64,000 nt of DNA from Candidatus Latescibacterota bacterium (GTDB lineage Bacteria > Latescibacterota > UBA2968 > GCA-2709665). Below are positions 9,596 through 19,942 of this stretch, piece by piece. The first letter of the stretch is position 1. Each line of letters opens with the position of its first letter. A program made the translations under genes and the position numbers. Location: contig CBDDDZ010000005.1 of assembly GCA_965226795.1 (NCBI GenBank), positions 2,016,001-2,080,000 on the forward strand, read 5' to 3'. Under the pieces are notes generated by a model. It was given only the letters and a program-made list of their open reading frames with translations. It did not search any database and had not been told where the DNA came from.

Positions 9596-11563
9596 TCAGC
9601 GGATCCACGCCTCGCGGGAAGCGAAGTCTCTTCCGATCGTCCAGGACGTTCCCAACGCGTCAACGACAAACTCCACGCCGTCGTCCCCGGCCTGGAGCGC
9701 GGCCGGCAACTGGGCGGATACCGCCGGCACATTCGCGCCGCGATAGGGTACGAGCACGGTCACAAAAACCGTGGGCGCCTGATTCTCAAGCGCGAACCGA
9801 AATGCCCTGCGCGGCGTGCGATGGCCGTATTCCCAGGCGAACCAGCCGGTTTCTTCGACCATCGATGCCGGACAACCGGCCGCCGCCTGCACCAGTACGT
9901 TGGCGTCCTCAAATTGCGTGAACGCCCTGTTTCCCTCGCCGTCGAACGTGACGTCGCCGGGCGCAAACTGGAAGTGCAAATCCAGCTGACCAGGCGCGCC
10001 GCCGATCGCCTCGTCCAGGAATACGAAGAACCGCCGGTTCACGAACCAGACCGAACGCCGGTGGGTCAAGCCGGGATATGACCGGTTCTCCACCACCAGC
10101 ACGTCGGAATCGGCCCCCTCCGAGACCCACATCAGATTGTGCGCGTCGTCGGAGATATCTCCGCCATTCAGGGTCAGGGTCTGATGCACCGAGGTCTGCC
10201 GGTGCCAGGCGCGGCTCTTCCTGTCGCGGCCATAGGTGTAGAAGCCCGAATCGGGCATCAGCCAGCGCCCGTAGGCGTACAACTCAAACGTCCCGTTGTC
10301 GGGCTGATCGTGGCTTGAAATCGCTGGTGGCGAACAATGAAGCGCCAGGTGAATCTGATCCGGCCCCCAGTCGTTGCGCATCACGTAGAAGCCGGCATCC
10401 TTGAACGCGCGGCTCTTCTGATCGGGCAGGGCTTCGCGATGCAGATTCGCCCTGGCCGCGTATTTGGGATCGCTCAGCAATTCGGTCGCGCTGACAAGCT
10501 CGGCATACAGCGGCCACTTTGTCCGATCTTCCGTGGCTTTCGGCGGACGGGAACCGTCTCCGAACATCGGCGCGCCAAGATCGGGTGACGCGATCCAGAA
10601 GATATAATCGCACATTCTGCGTACGCGTTCTCTGAATGCCTGCGATATTTCGATGCCGAAGGCGTCCAGGCGCCCGAAAATTTCCACCGCGTCCCGCAAT
10701 ACGCCCTGATGATAGCCGAACGACCACTCTCGCTGAACGCCGTCTGCCGTCGTCTGGGCCAGGATATTTTCTTCTACGCGCGCCAACCCCAATTCCATCC
10801 AGTCGCGGGACTCACTGAACTCGCCGAACGTGTAGGCGACATTGATAAACCCACGCTGTTCGAACACGGCCTTGTTGTGGATGAGCCCCATGGGAATCAG
10901 CGTTGTCTTTGTCTGATGGTCATACAGACAGGCCATCAACAGGCCGAGAAATTCGGGCGTAAACGATTCGGCGTGCACCAGACCCCGAAATGCCGCGCAG
11001 ATATTCGTAGCCCGAATCCCGGTCTGGAGATCCAGCCATGCAAATCCCTTCCACCATTTGTAAACGGGATGGGTTCTGGTGTGGTTTTCAAGCGGATGTT
11101 TCGAAATCCAGTCGGTTGAAAGTTCCACGAACGCTTGCGCGTACTTCTCAACGCGGGTCGCCGCGTAGGCAGCGACAAGCGGCGCAGCCCAATAGAAGCG
11201 GTACACGGCCGCCACCCACTCGATATCGCCCGGCGGATCCCATTCCCAGTCGAAGTCGTCGCCATATTGCGCTTCCTCGTAGGGTCCCCACTGAATGATG
11301 CGCGCGCAGATTTTGTCCGCCGTGGAAAAATCACCTGCTTTACTCGCTTCCTCCAGCGGAAATTTCGCCCGGTAATAGTCACGCAGCGCGGTGAGAGCGC
11401 CAGGCGTGTCGCCGGAGTCGGCCGCCCGTTTCACCGCTTCCAACCCTGCCATTGTCAGATCCAGTTTTTCGAGGATCCGTTCCGGGACGAACGACGCCAA
11501 CGGCATTTCGTGATCGATCTGGCCCGCGCCCGCGGGATACTCCTGTATCGAATTCATGGACAT
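9596..11563 (-). CDS. Heparinase II/III family polysaccharide lyase-like protein
   Basis: Motifs DGVQREWSFGYH, AGFYVMRNDW, HDQPDNGTFELYAYG, DSGFYTY, HQTLTLNG. Confidence 0.88.
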   Translation of the reverse strand: MSMNSIQEYPAGAGQIDHEMPLASFVPERILEKLDLTMAGLEAVKRAADSGDTPGALTALRDYYRAKFPLEEASKAGDFSTADKICARIIQWGPYEEAQYGDDFDWEWDPPGDIEWVAAVYRFYWAAPLVAAYAATRVEKYAQAFVELSTDWISKHPLENHTRTHPVYKWWKGFAWLDLQTGIRATNICAAFRGLVHAESFTPEFLGLLMACLYDHQTKTTLIPMGLIHNKAVFEQRGFINVAYTFGEFSESRDWMELGLARVEENILAQTTADGVQREWSFGYHQGVLRDAVEIFGRLDAFGIEISQAFRERVRRMCDYIFWIASPDLGAPMFGDGSRPPKATEDRTKWPLYAELVSATELLSDPKYAARANLHREALPDQKSRAFKDAGFYVMRNDWGPDQIHLALHCSPPAISSHDQPDNGTFELYAYGRWLMPDSGFYTYGRDRKSRAWHRQTSVHQTLTLNGGDISDDAHNLMWVSEGADSDVLVVENRSYPGLTHRRSVWFVNRRFFVFLDEAIGGAPGQLDLHFQFAPGDVTFDGEGNRAFTQFEDANVLVQAAAGCPASMVEETGWFAWEYGHRTPRRAFRFALENQAPTVFVTVLVPYRGANVPAVSAQLPAALQAGDDGVEFVVDALGTSWTIGRDFASREAWIR

Positions 11564-11737
11564 GTTCTCCGTTAACTCGATGTCGGGATTGTCTTTTTAC
11601 CGCCCGGCAAGGACTGTTTTCCAATCACCGGGGTCCGAAAAATACGTCTGTGGAAACAGGTTTGCAACACATATTGTTGGAAATTTTCAGGGTACGGGTA
11701 ACCTGGAAAGACAGGATGAAAGACGGAAGGCACCACG

Positions 11738-11951
11738 TTAACGCTCGGTTCCCGGCAGCGCATCGGCCGACGCGCCCGGCGCTTTGCACAAAGCAGGGAA
11801 TGTCCCTATAGTTGGGTAGCGACTCTCCGTTTTCCCACTTGGAAACCGCCTGCACGCTGATGCAAACGGCCTGTCCGAGCTGTTCCTGTGCCAGCCCCTG
11901 CTGCTTTCGTCTCTCCTGTATCCTTCGTCCAGGATCCGTGGGGTCAAACAT
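11738..11951 (-). pseudogene. Degraded XRE-family HTH regulator
   Basis: QEQLGQAVCISVQAVSKWENGESLP, then a frameshift near 11812 into FPALCKAPGASADALPG. Pro replaces Leu at several consensus positions. Confidence 0.75.
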
Positions 11952-12328
11952 TGGTATGCCTCCCCGCGTTTGTGTATTTATGGCGGCGTTCTTTCATCCA
12001 ATGGAAGACCAAATATAGCGCAATCGCCCGGTTGTCGGTATCGAGGAATATGAGAACGGATCAACTGCCGGTTGAGGACGTCTATGCCCAAGCGTTCTCA
12101 CACTGGCAGGCCCTCTGTGGGTAAATATGAAAGTAGAACTTGCAAATTTCCCACTTCTCGGATCGGCATGAGTTACCGTGATCACCCGCGAGACCTCCCC
12201 CAGTCCACTCAGATTACCCAATTCCCCGATTGGCCGCTTGTGGGACTACATCATACCGACAGGACCACGTTCAGGCGAATGCAATTGGGAAGTCGTTTAC
12301 GACTTTCTGTTACGTTACAACGGTTGGC

Positions 12329-12442
12329 GTCAAATTTCTGTCAAATAACCTACAAAATATATTGTAATTTATGTAGAATATATTATATTTATATATATTT
12401 ATGATGTTTTATTTAGTGTCAAATAGTTTGTTAACTAGGAGA
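12329..12442 (+). promoter_or_regulatory. Very AT-rich upstream region of the fic gene with three GTCAAAT direct repeats
   Basis: GTCAAAT at 12329, 12340 and 12418. tacaa-N6-ttgta at 12351-12366. AGGAG RBS just before the TTG start. Confidence 0.55.
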
Positions 12443-12446
12443 TCAT

Positions 12447-13619
12447 TTGGACTGGAAAAACTTCCGCTATGAATATCGGATCCCATTGGAGAACCAGAAC
12501 TCCAACCTGATTCGGATTGAAGCATACAAAGAGGCAGCCCTCAATCTGGTCCTCCCGTCCGACTGGAAGGAACAATTGGACCAGTTGAACCGCGTGCGAG
12601 CCGTTCACGGTACTACGGCCGTTGAGGGCAATCGGCTGTCTGAAGCTGAAGTAAGTCGACTGTTGGAGGCTTCCTCGGACCAACCCCAAAATCAGTCCAG
12701 AGAAGAAAAGCAGGTGAGAAATGCAGGCTTGGCCCAGGACTGGGTTCGGCAAAGGTTCACACCAGATAGCAAGCCCCTCCAGCTTTCTGACATCATGCGA
12801 ATGCATAGGCTGGTCACCGGCGGTTCCGACGAGACCGACAACGTAACGGAAAAGTTGCGGACCCACCCCGTCGTGGTAGGAACGGAGGCATTGGGCGGCG
12901 TGCATCGAGGAGCACCCCCTGCGGAATTAATCCGCCTGATGGAAGAATTCGTGACGTTCGTGAACTCAAACAAACTGGCGGCGCAGCATCCGGTCGTGCG
13001 GGCGCTCCTGGCCCATTTCTTTCTCGTCACCATACACCCGTTCGGGGACGGAAATGGTAGGGTCTCAAGGCTTGTGGAGGCCGGAATTCTATTCCAGGGT
13101 GGTTACAATGTTCACGGTTTCTACGGACCGTCGAATTACTTCTACCAAAACGGCAATGAATACATGTTTTTACTGCAACAGGGCAGAAGGACACAGCCGT
13201 TCGATCTGAGCGGTTTCATTACGTTTGGCATCGAGGGCTTTGCGACCGAGTTGAAGGGAATCAACAATTTCATCAAGACGAAACTCAACCGCGTTATATA
13301 TCGAACCACGTTAACCAAAGCACGGAGTCAGCGGGTGAGCGAGCGCCGTCGCGTCCTCAACCAGCGGGAATACGACCTGCTTTGTTTGCTCCTGGAAGAG
13401 ACCGAGCCGGTAGATCCCTTCGCGGACGAACCGTCCAAACGAATCAGGGTGTCCGAACTAATGAGGGCTCCATATGTCACCGCAGTCTATCGCCACGTAA
13501 CGACCCGCACCTTCTTGCGGGAACTTTTCCGACTGGAGAAAACGGGATTCATCATATTCGAGGATCGGGGGGTCGAGTTAATCATCAAGCTAGACTTCGG
13601 GGCGATCGGCAAGTATTGA
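12447..13619 (+). CDS. Fic family protein
   Basis: Canonical motif HPFGDGNGRVSR, N-terminal HGTTAVEGN helix and a wHTH-like C-terminus. Confidence 0.93.
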   Translation: MDWKNFRYEYRIPLENQNSNLIRIEAYKEAALNLVLPSDWKEQLDQLNRVRAVHGTTAVEGNRLSEAEVSRLLEASSDQPQNQSREEKQVRNAGLAQDWVRQRFTPDSKPLQLSDIMRMHRLVTGGSDETDNVTEKLRTHPVVVGTEALGGVHRGAPPAELIRLMEEFVTFVNSNKLAAQHPVVRALLAHFFLVTIHPFGDGNGRVSRLVEAGILFQGGYNVHGFYGPSNYFYQNGNEYMFLLQQGRRTQPFDLSGFITFGIEGFATELKGINNFIKTKLNRVIYRTTLTKARSQRVSERRRVLNQREYDLLCLLLEETEPVDPFADEPSKRIRVSELMRAPYVTAVYRHVTTRTFLRELFRLEKTGFIIFEDRGVELIIKLDFGAIGKY

Positions 13620-13824
13620 ACTTGCTGGTCGATCTTATCTAACCGGTTTCGCCGGACGGATTTAAGTGCATTCGTCCCGACAAATTTGGCGATGCATCCG
13701 AATTGTTATTAAGCAGGTGTCGATTGGGCCGCAGATTGGCGTGCAGTTCGGCGTGGACGCCGGACCGCGGTTCGACAGTGAAGAGAAACCCTTTTAAACC
13801 AGTGGATAGCAAGGAGTTGAAACT

Positions 13825-14811
13825 ATGGATTCGATTCGGTTGGGTCTGGTCGGCTCGGGCGGAATGGCGCAGAGTCGGGCGCGGACTTTTGCAGCGATGA
13901 AGGGATGCAGGCTGACCGCATTGGCCGCCCGAAATCCGCACACGGGCGCCGAACTGGCCAGTTGCCACGCACTGCCGCTGCTGGACGAGTGGCAGAATCT
14001 GATGGACCGGTCCGACGTGGACGCAGTCGTGGTCTGCACCAACAACGACAGCCACGGTCCCATCGCCAGGGCCGCCCTGGAGGCCGGCAAACCCGTCTTT
14101 CTGGAATACCCTATCGCGCGGCACGTTGACGAGGGCAACGCCCTGGTCGACCTGGCGCGCGCGAAGGGCATTGTTCTCCGCGTAGCCCATCCGGAAGTGG
14201 TGTCGGACGGGCACCGGAAACTCAAAGAGGCGGTCGGTTCGCTGGGTGCGCTGCTGTTGGCGCTATTCGCGCGCCTGACGCCGGCGAGAGGGGCGCGGCC
14301 GGAGGTGTTGTTCAACATCCACGCGTCGGGGCCGCCCAGTCTATTTTTCGTCTATCACGTATACCCGCTTGTCGACCTTTTCGGCCCGGCGTTATGGGTG
14401 GAGGGGTACACCCATTATGAAGGAATGGACAGCGCCGGAACGTACGAACGCTTCGTCAACCGGGTCGTGGTTGGATTTTCCGGGGGCGGTACGGCGGAAT
14501 GGACGTGGGCGGGTGGCGTCTCGATCGGGAGGGCCGAACAGTACCAGCGGATGGTGCTGGAAGGTGGGACGCTGGTTCATGACGACGGCTGGCGACTCTC
14601 ATCCGGGGAGGGCAAGGAGGTACCGTTGCCGTCAGCCGGACGGGAGGCGTCGCTGGAAAGCCTCTTTCTGGATGAAGTGCGCGGCAGAACAAATGGATGG
14701 CGATCGGATCTGGGCACCGCCCTCGAATCCATTCGCATCGGGCTGGGCGCGGAGACGGCGGCCACCCAGGGCCGGCGTGTGCATCTCAGGGAAGACGGGA
14801 CTGACGGGTGA
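13825..14811 (+). CDS. Gfo/Idh/MocA family oxidoreductase
   Basis: Motifs GLVGSGGMA, DVDAVVVCT..H, ALEAGKPVFLEYP. AAGGAG RBS. Confidence 0.9.
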   Translation: MDSIRLGLVGSGGMAQSRARTFAAMKGCRLTALAARNPHTGAELASCHALPLLDEWQNLMDRSDVDAVVVCTNNDSHGPIARAALEAGKPVFLEYPIARHVDEGNALVDLARAKGIVLRVAHPEVVSDGHRKLKEAVGSLGALLLALFARLTPARGARPEVLFNIHASGPPSLFFVYHVYPLVDLFGPALWVEGYTHYEGMDSAGTYERFVNRVVVGFSGGGTAEWTWAGGVSIGRAEQYQRMVLEGGTLVHDDGWRLSSGEGKEVPLPSAGREASLESLFLDEVRGRTNGWRSDLGTALESIRIGLGAETAATQGRRVHLREDGTDG

Positions 14812-14828
14812 CCGAAATATCGTCCGGA

Positions 14829-15598
14829 CTAGCGCCCGCCGCCCGCCTGACCTTCCTGCGGCCCGAAGGCGGCCATGTACAGGCGCGTACGGTCGTTGAG
14901 CACGCCATAGAAGGCGCGCGTTTCCGGATCGGGGTGATCCGCCAGAATACCGCCGGAATTCCTGAGTCGTTGGCCAGCGGAGGCCTGCTGCGGTGCCCGT
15001 AGTAGATCTGCGCGGTCTTTCGGACGGCCTGCGTGGGGCGTGTGGTCGCCGTGTGAAGGACCGCCACGTTGAACAGGACGCACGTGCCGGCCGGGCCGTG
15101 GAGATCGTACACGCCGCCCCGCTCCAGCTGCTCCGCGGGATCGTCCAGAACGGCCTCGTCGACGGATTCGGGCGAGAGGGAAAAACAGTGGGTGCCCTCG
15201 TCCACGTCGGTGAGGTAGACCATCAACTGGATATAGTCCATGCGAAGGGGGTGTTCGGGCCAGTGGGGCCTGTCGCGGTGCCACCCCCTGTGCAGACCGC
15301 CCGTATAGGGGCCCATCCCGCGCAGCCCGATCTCGCCGAAGCAGACGGAACCGCCCATCAATTCCTCGATCGCGGGCATTATCCCCGGATGTCGGATCAA
15401 CTCATCGAATTGAGGCGTGGTGATCAGGGCGTCGTAGTTGGCTTCCTGGTGGTAGCCGTACGGATGCCAGAAATAGGGAAACCGGAGGCGGTCTTCCTCG
15501 AACAGATCGTGGAAGTAGCGCACCTCATCCGGATTAAGGATCGCGCCGAGGTTCCAAAAGCCATTCCGGGCGAAAGATTCGCGGTCGGTCCGGTTCAT
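14829..15598 (-). CDS. Phytanoyl-CoA dioxygenase (PhyH) family protein, frameshifted at about 14940
   Basis: Motifs WHRD, MVYLTDV, GPAGTCVLFNVAVLH. One extra G (TGG CGG GAT) restores DHPDPETRAFYGVLN...*. Confidence 0.85.
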
Positions 15599-15816
15599 AG
15601 TCGTATCATCCGAAGCTTAAAAAAATCGGTGCGCCTTCGCGCTCGACGCGACGGTGGGCCACGGGCTCCCGCGATGTTCAGCGGCAAGTGTATTTGTGAC
15701 GCTGAAGTATACGAGGGCGACGTCCGGAAGCCAAGCACCTTCGGTCCAACCCCGTACCCGAATTCTCACGAGTGCGCGAACCGGAAGAATTATCCCAAAT
15801 GAACGGAGGCACGCCA

Positions 15817-18558
15817 ATGATCCGGAGCGGACACCGATCCCCCGCCCGCCGGACAACCGGTCAATCTTTCCGTCTCTCTGCCATAGTACTGGCCGTCGCT
15901 CTTATGCCGTGCCTGGGCCACGCTGGCGGCGATACCTATTCTTTCGCCCTGATTGGCGACGTGCCCTACGCCAGTGCCGACAGTCTCTGGTTCGCAAGGG
16001 TGATCGATCGGATCAACGCGGATGAAGACGTCAGGTGGATCATCCACGCAGGCGACATCAAAAACGGGGGGCAGCCATGCACTGACGCTTTGCTCGAAGA
16101 ACGCCTGCAGCGATTCAGCCGCTTCGAGGATCCCTTCATCCTCACCCCGGGCGACAACGAATGGACAGACTGTCACCTCAGGAACGCCGGCCGCTTCGAT
16201 CCGCTGGAACGCCTGCGGAAATTGCGGACGCTCTTCTATCCTCGCGCGGGCCTGACGCTCGGGAGACAGCCAATGGCGGTTGAATCCCAGGCGGCGTCGC
16301 CCGAATACGGCGAATTTATAGAGAACATCCGCTGGGAACGGGCGGGGGTTCATTTCGCGACCGTACACATTGTGGGGAGCAGAAACGGGCTCGTACCATT
16401 CCAGGCACGTGATTCTACCGAGGTTGGAACGGTTCCACTGAGGACGGAGAAGCACGACGCGGAGGTCGAGCGGCGCACCAGGGCAGGAATCGCGTGGCTT
16501 CGAAACGCCTTTTCCAAGGCGGCCCAATCCGGCAAGGCGCTGTTTCTGACCGTTCACGCTTCGATGGGACTGGAACGAAAGCGAGGAGCGGATCCGCCGC
16601 ATTACAAGGCCCTCCTCGACGCGCTGCGCGAGGAGACGGAGCGATTCGGCCGGCCCGTCGTGCTTGCGCACGGCGACTCGCATTATTTCCGGATCGACAA
16701 ACCGCTTCGACGCAGGCGGGACGGAAGGCGTCTCTCGAATTTCACCCGCGTGGAGACATTCGGTTCGTCGGACGTGCACTGGATTGAGGTAAGGGTGGAT
16801 CCCGCCAGCGCGAATGTCTTTTCCTTCGAACAGAGGATTGTAAAGCGGGAACAGTCGAACGGAGATCAACCCGAGACAACGGAAAGGACCGGAATGGCTG
16901 TCACAAAATCCGGAGGATCGGAACGTACCCCCCAGCAGAAGATCGACGCCATGCACCGCCCCTCCTGGTGCGTGGAAACGGACGAGGGGCGCCTGTATTG
17001 GGAACTCCTCGGCGCCGCGATCCGAAATGACGCCGGCACCCTGCGCGAACACCTGCTGGCGGATCCGGACTGCGCCAGGCTGCAGTTCTGGTATACCCCG
17101 CCGATTCACTTCGCGGTGCGGGAGGGCAATCTCGACGCGACAAGAGTGCTGTGGGAAGCCTATGCGTTCGACGAGGTGACCGATCTGATCGCCATGGCCG
17201 ACGACCGCGGCCACACATCGGTCGCCGACTATTTGCGGCAGTCCATTGGTTCAAAAGGCGCGGATTCGGATCTCCGGCTGCACGCTGCCGTGGAAGCCCG
17301 AGACCATGGGGAGATCGAACGACTGCTCAAAAACTCGCGTGGAATCGAATCGCAGCGGGATCCGGAAGGCAGGACCGCGCTCCACGTTGCGGTCATCGCG
17401 GGTGACGAGACAGCGGTAAGGGTACTTCTCAAGAACAATATCGACGTCGGCGCGACCGACCATGCCGGTTTCCGAGCCATTCACTACACCCGCTGGGTCG
17501 ACCTGATGTGGCATCGGTCAAAGGTGAATCCGGAATTGGCGGGACTGCTGCTGGACGCCGGCTCCCGCGACAGCCCCACGCTGGCTGCCGGGAGGGGCGA
17601 CCTGGATGCCGTACGGGCATTTGTCGCGGCGGACCCTGCGGCGGTGAACGACGGAGAGAAACTCCTGAAGCGACCCCTGTCGGCGGCCGTAGAGGGCGGA
17701 CACCGCGACATTGTCCGCTTCCTGCTGGACAACGGCGCGGACCCCTCTCTGCCGGAGGGTCGCCTTTGCCCAAACGGGTCGTCGCTTATGACCGCCACGG
17801 TCTCGGAGAACCTGGAAGTCGCCGAATGGCTTCTGGAGGCCGGCGCCGATCCGAACGGACACGTGGACTCCTCGGGAAGCCCCGCGATCCGTGCCGGTTC
17901 CGACGCCATGCGGGGGCTGCTCTACGGCTATGGCGGGCGCGCATCCGGGGCGTGGGGCTACGTGCAACTCGGTCAACTTGAGACCCTGGCCGCTATTTTA
18001 CGTTACACTGACGATCCGTTTTCCGACGAGGAGAGCGAGTATCTGACCACACCCTACACCGCCGTGATCAGCGGCTGTGGACGCATGGAGGACCGGGGAG
18101 AATCCCCCGATGCCCACGAGGCGATGCTCACCATGTTCCTGCAGCGCAAACACCCGATGCCGCGCGTGCTCACCGCCTGCAAGACCTACCTGTACCACGT
18201 ACCACGCATGACGCGCCGACTCCTCGAGCACGGCCTGGATCCAAACCTGCCCGACTGGCAGCGACGAACCCCGTTGCACGACCTTTGCCGCGGCAACCGG
18301 GCCGTGTCCGACGCCGCCGCGATGGTACGATTGTTCATCGAATACGGCGCCCACATCAATGCAATCGACGAGGACGACAGGTCAACGCCGCTGGGGATCG
18401 CCGCGCGCGAGGGAAACGCGCAACTTGTCGGACTGCTGCTTTATCGGGGCGCCGATCCGAATGCCGCGGGCGCCGAATGGGCGACGCCCCTGGCATGGGC
18501 GGAACGCCGCGGACACGAGCATATCGTAAAGATGCTTAGAGACGGGGGCACCCGGTAG
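15817..18558 (+). CDS. Secreted-type metallophosphoesterase fused in frame to an ankyrin repeat protein
   Basis: Signal-like N-terminus. Motifs GDVPY, HAGDIK, PGDNEWTDC, HGDSH. From ATG 16894 (preceded by AAAGGA) an ankyrin protein paralogous to 6991-8556. Confidence 0.85.
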   Translation: MIRSGHRSPARRTTGQSFRLSAIVLAVALMPCLGHAGGDTYSFALIGDVPYASADSLWFARVIDRINADEDVRWIIHAGDIKNGGQPCTDALLEERLQRFSRFEDPFILTPGDNEWTDCHLRNAGRFDPLERLRKLRTLFYPRAGLTLGRQPMAVESQAASPEYGEFIENIRWERAGVHFATVHIVGSRNGLVPFQARDSTEVGTVPLRTEKHDAEVERRTRAGIAWLRNAFSKAAQSGKALFLTVHASMGLERKRGADPPHYKALLDALREETERFGRPVVLAHGDSHYFRIDKPLRRRRDGRRLSNFTRVETFGSSDVHWIEVRVDPASANVFSFEQRIVKREQSNGDQPETTERTGMAVTKSGGSERTPQQKIDAMHRPSWCVETDEGRLYWELLGAAIRNDAGTLREHLLADPDCARLQFWYTPPIHFAVREGNLDATRVLWEAYAFDEVTDLIAMADDRGHTSVADYLRQSIGSKGADSDLRLHAAVEARDHGEIERLLKNSRGIESQRDPEGRTALHVAVIAGDETAVRVLLKNNIDVGATDHAGFRAIHYTRWVDLMWHRSKVNPELAGLLLDAGSRDSPTLAAGRGDLDAVRAFVAADPAAVNDGEKLLKRPLSAAVEGGHRDIVRFLLDNGADPSLPEGRLCPNGSSLMTATVSENLEVAEWLLEAGADPNGHVDSSGSPAIRAGSDAMRGLLYGYGGRASGAWGYVQLGQLETLAAILRYTDDPFSDEESEYLTTPYTAVISGCGRMEDRGESPDAHEAMLTMFLQRKHPMPRVLTACKTYLYHVPRMTRRLLEHGLDPNLPDWQRRTPLHDLCRGNRAVSDAAAMVRLFIEYGAHINAIDEDDRSTPLGIAAREGNAQLVGLLLYRGADPNAAGAEWATPLAWAERRGHEHIVKMLRDGGTR

Positions 18559-18661
18559 ACGTGGGTGGAGCGGCCGGCGTCACCGGAATACCGGCGGTTG
18601 ACCGCACGAAACCATAACACGGTGTTCAGATTGCCGCAACGCTTCGAGGAGATATAGGGGA

Positions 18662-18991
18662 ATGACCGGCGACGGGAAACTCATCCTGCGGATACGATCC
18701 ATTCTCTCGCAAGAGGACGGATTCTCCGAGAAAGGGATGTTCGGCGGCGTCTGTTTCATGATCCACGGCAACATGTGCGTGGGGACGTGGAAGGGATCTC
18801 TGATCGTCCGGCTCGACAGGGCGCATCATGACCGGACGCTTGGGGAGCCGCACACGAAGCCGTTCGACGTCACGGGCCGCGTTATGAGGGGATGGGCGCT
18901 GGTTGAATCACCCGCGATAGAATCGGACGAAGACCTCACAGACTGGGTGTATAGGGCGGCCGATTATGTCGGGTCGCTTCCGCCCAAATGA
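18662..18991 (+). CDS. TfoX N-terminal domain protein
   Basis: Motifs EKGMFGGVCFMIHGNM, LIVRL, TGRVMRGW, LPPK. Confidence 0.88.
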   Translation: MTGDGKLILRIRSILSQEDGFSEKGMFGGVCFMIHGNMCVGTWKGSLIVRLDRAHHDRTLGEPHTKPFDVTGRVMRGWALVESPAIESDEDLTDWVYRAADYVGSLPPK

Positions 18992-19032
18992 AGGTGTGGG
19001 GCTTCTATTGGAAACGAGGGTGGGTTGTTCCC

Positions 19033-19350
19033 CTATTGTAATGGCGAGAAGGCGGTTGGGATGAGGACGTCGGAGAGAACCTCGTCCACGATGGGCCCGT
19101 TGGCTTCGGTTTGTTCCCGGGCTGCGATCCATTCGGGGTCTGAGCGGAAAGAATCCCACGCTGTTTCCATAGCCTCTTCGTTCTCAAATTCGCATAGGTA
19201 GATCAGGTCGTTGGCATCCCTTCGGGTCCAGAAACCGACGACTTTAATGCCGTGCCTGTCGAAGAGGCCGAACGTAACGGTTTCAAACCGGTTGAGGATG
19301 TCCGGCATCCGGCCTTCGGGGATTCTGTAGGTGCGGTGTTCGTAGATCAT
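19033..19350 (-). CDS. NIPSNAP family protein
   Basis: Motifs IYEHRTY, GFW, WDSFRSDPEW, PTAFSPL. Confidence 0.92.
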   Translation of the reverse strand: MIYEHRTYRIPEGRMPDILNRFETVTFGLFDRHGIKVVGFWTRRDANDLIYLCEFENEEAMETAWDSFRSDPEWIAAREQTEANGPIVDEVLSDVLIPTAFSPLQ

Positions 19351-19942
19351 CAGGGTTCTCCTTGGTGTGCAGGATCCTGGATTAATCCTGTATTGGATGG
19401 GTCAGGCGTTGTTTTTCGGATATGTGTTGTTTTGTGCCTCGCTGCCTCAGGCGGGCAGACCGGTGTGAACTTCCGCCGGGGTATCCGGGACCACGTCTGG
19501 CGCGTACACGGCCCGGCATATTTCCACGCACGAGGTATTCAACCTGGCTACGCCCTTCCATGGTAACAAGAATTCAACCGGATGGAAAGGGCCGCCTATG
19601 CCCGGCCGCCGCGCATAGGCGAAACCCAGATAACGGAACGGAGAGCACGCGCACCTTTTCTGTTGACAATCGATGGATGCCAGGGCTATGTTCCCGTGAA
19701 AGTAAGCGTGTGAATGAGCCTGAATTTCCGCATCAATTCAGCAATCCTCCAGCCACCCAATGTCCGTCCGTTTTGTATGATACAGGCGCGCCACCTCGCC
19801 GACTTCGACGAATTCGTCCGTCTCGTTCGAAGTTTTGGCAAGGGTTCGCGCCCGATGCGGGCCTCAACGCCGTACTCGTCATGGTCGCACGGGAATTTAA
19901 ATAATAAGTAATCGTCATCAAGCCTGCGAGGATTCCGGGAAC

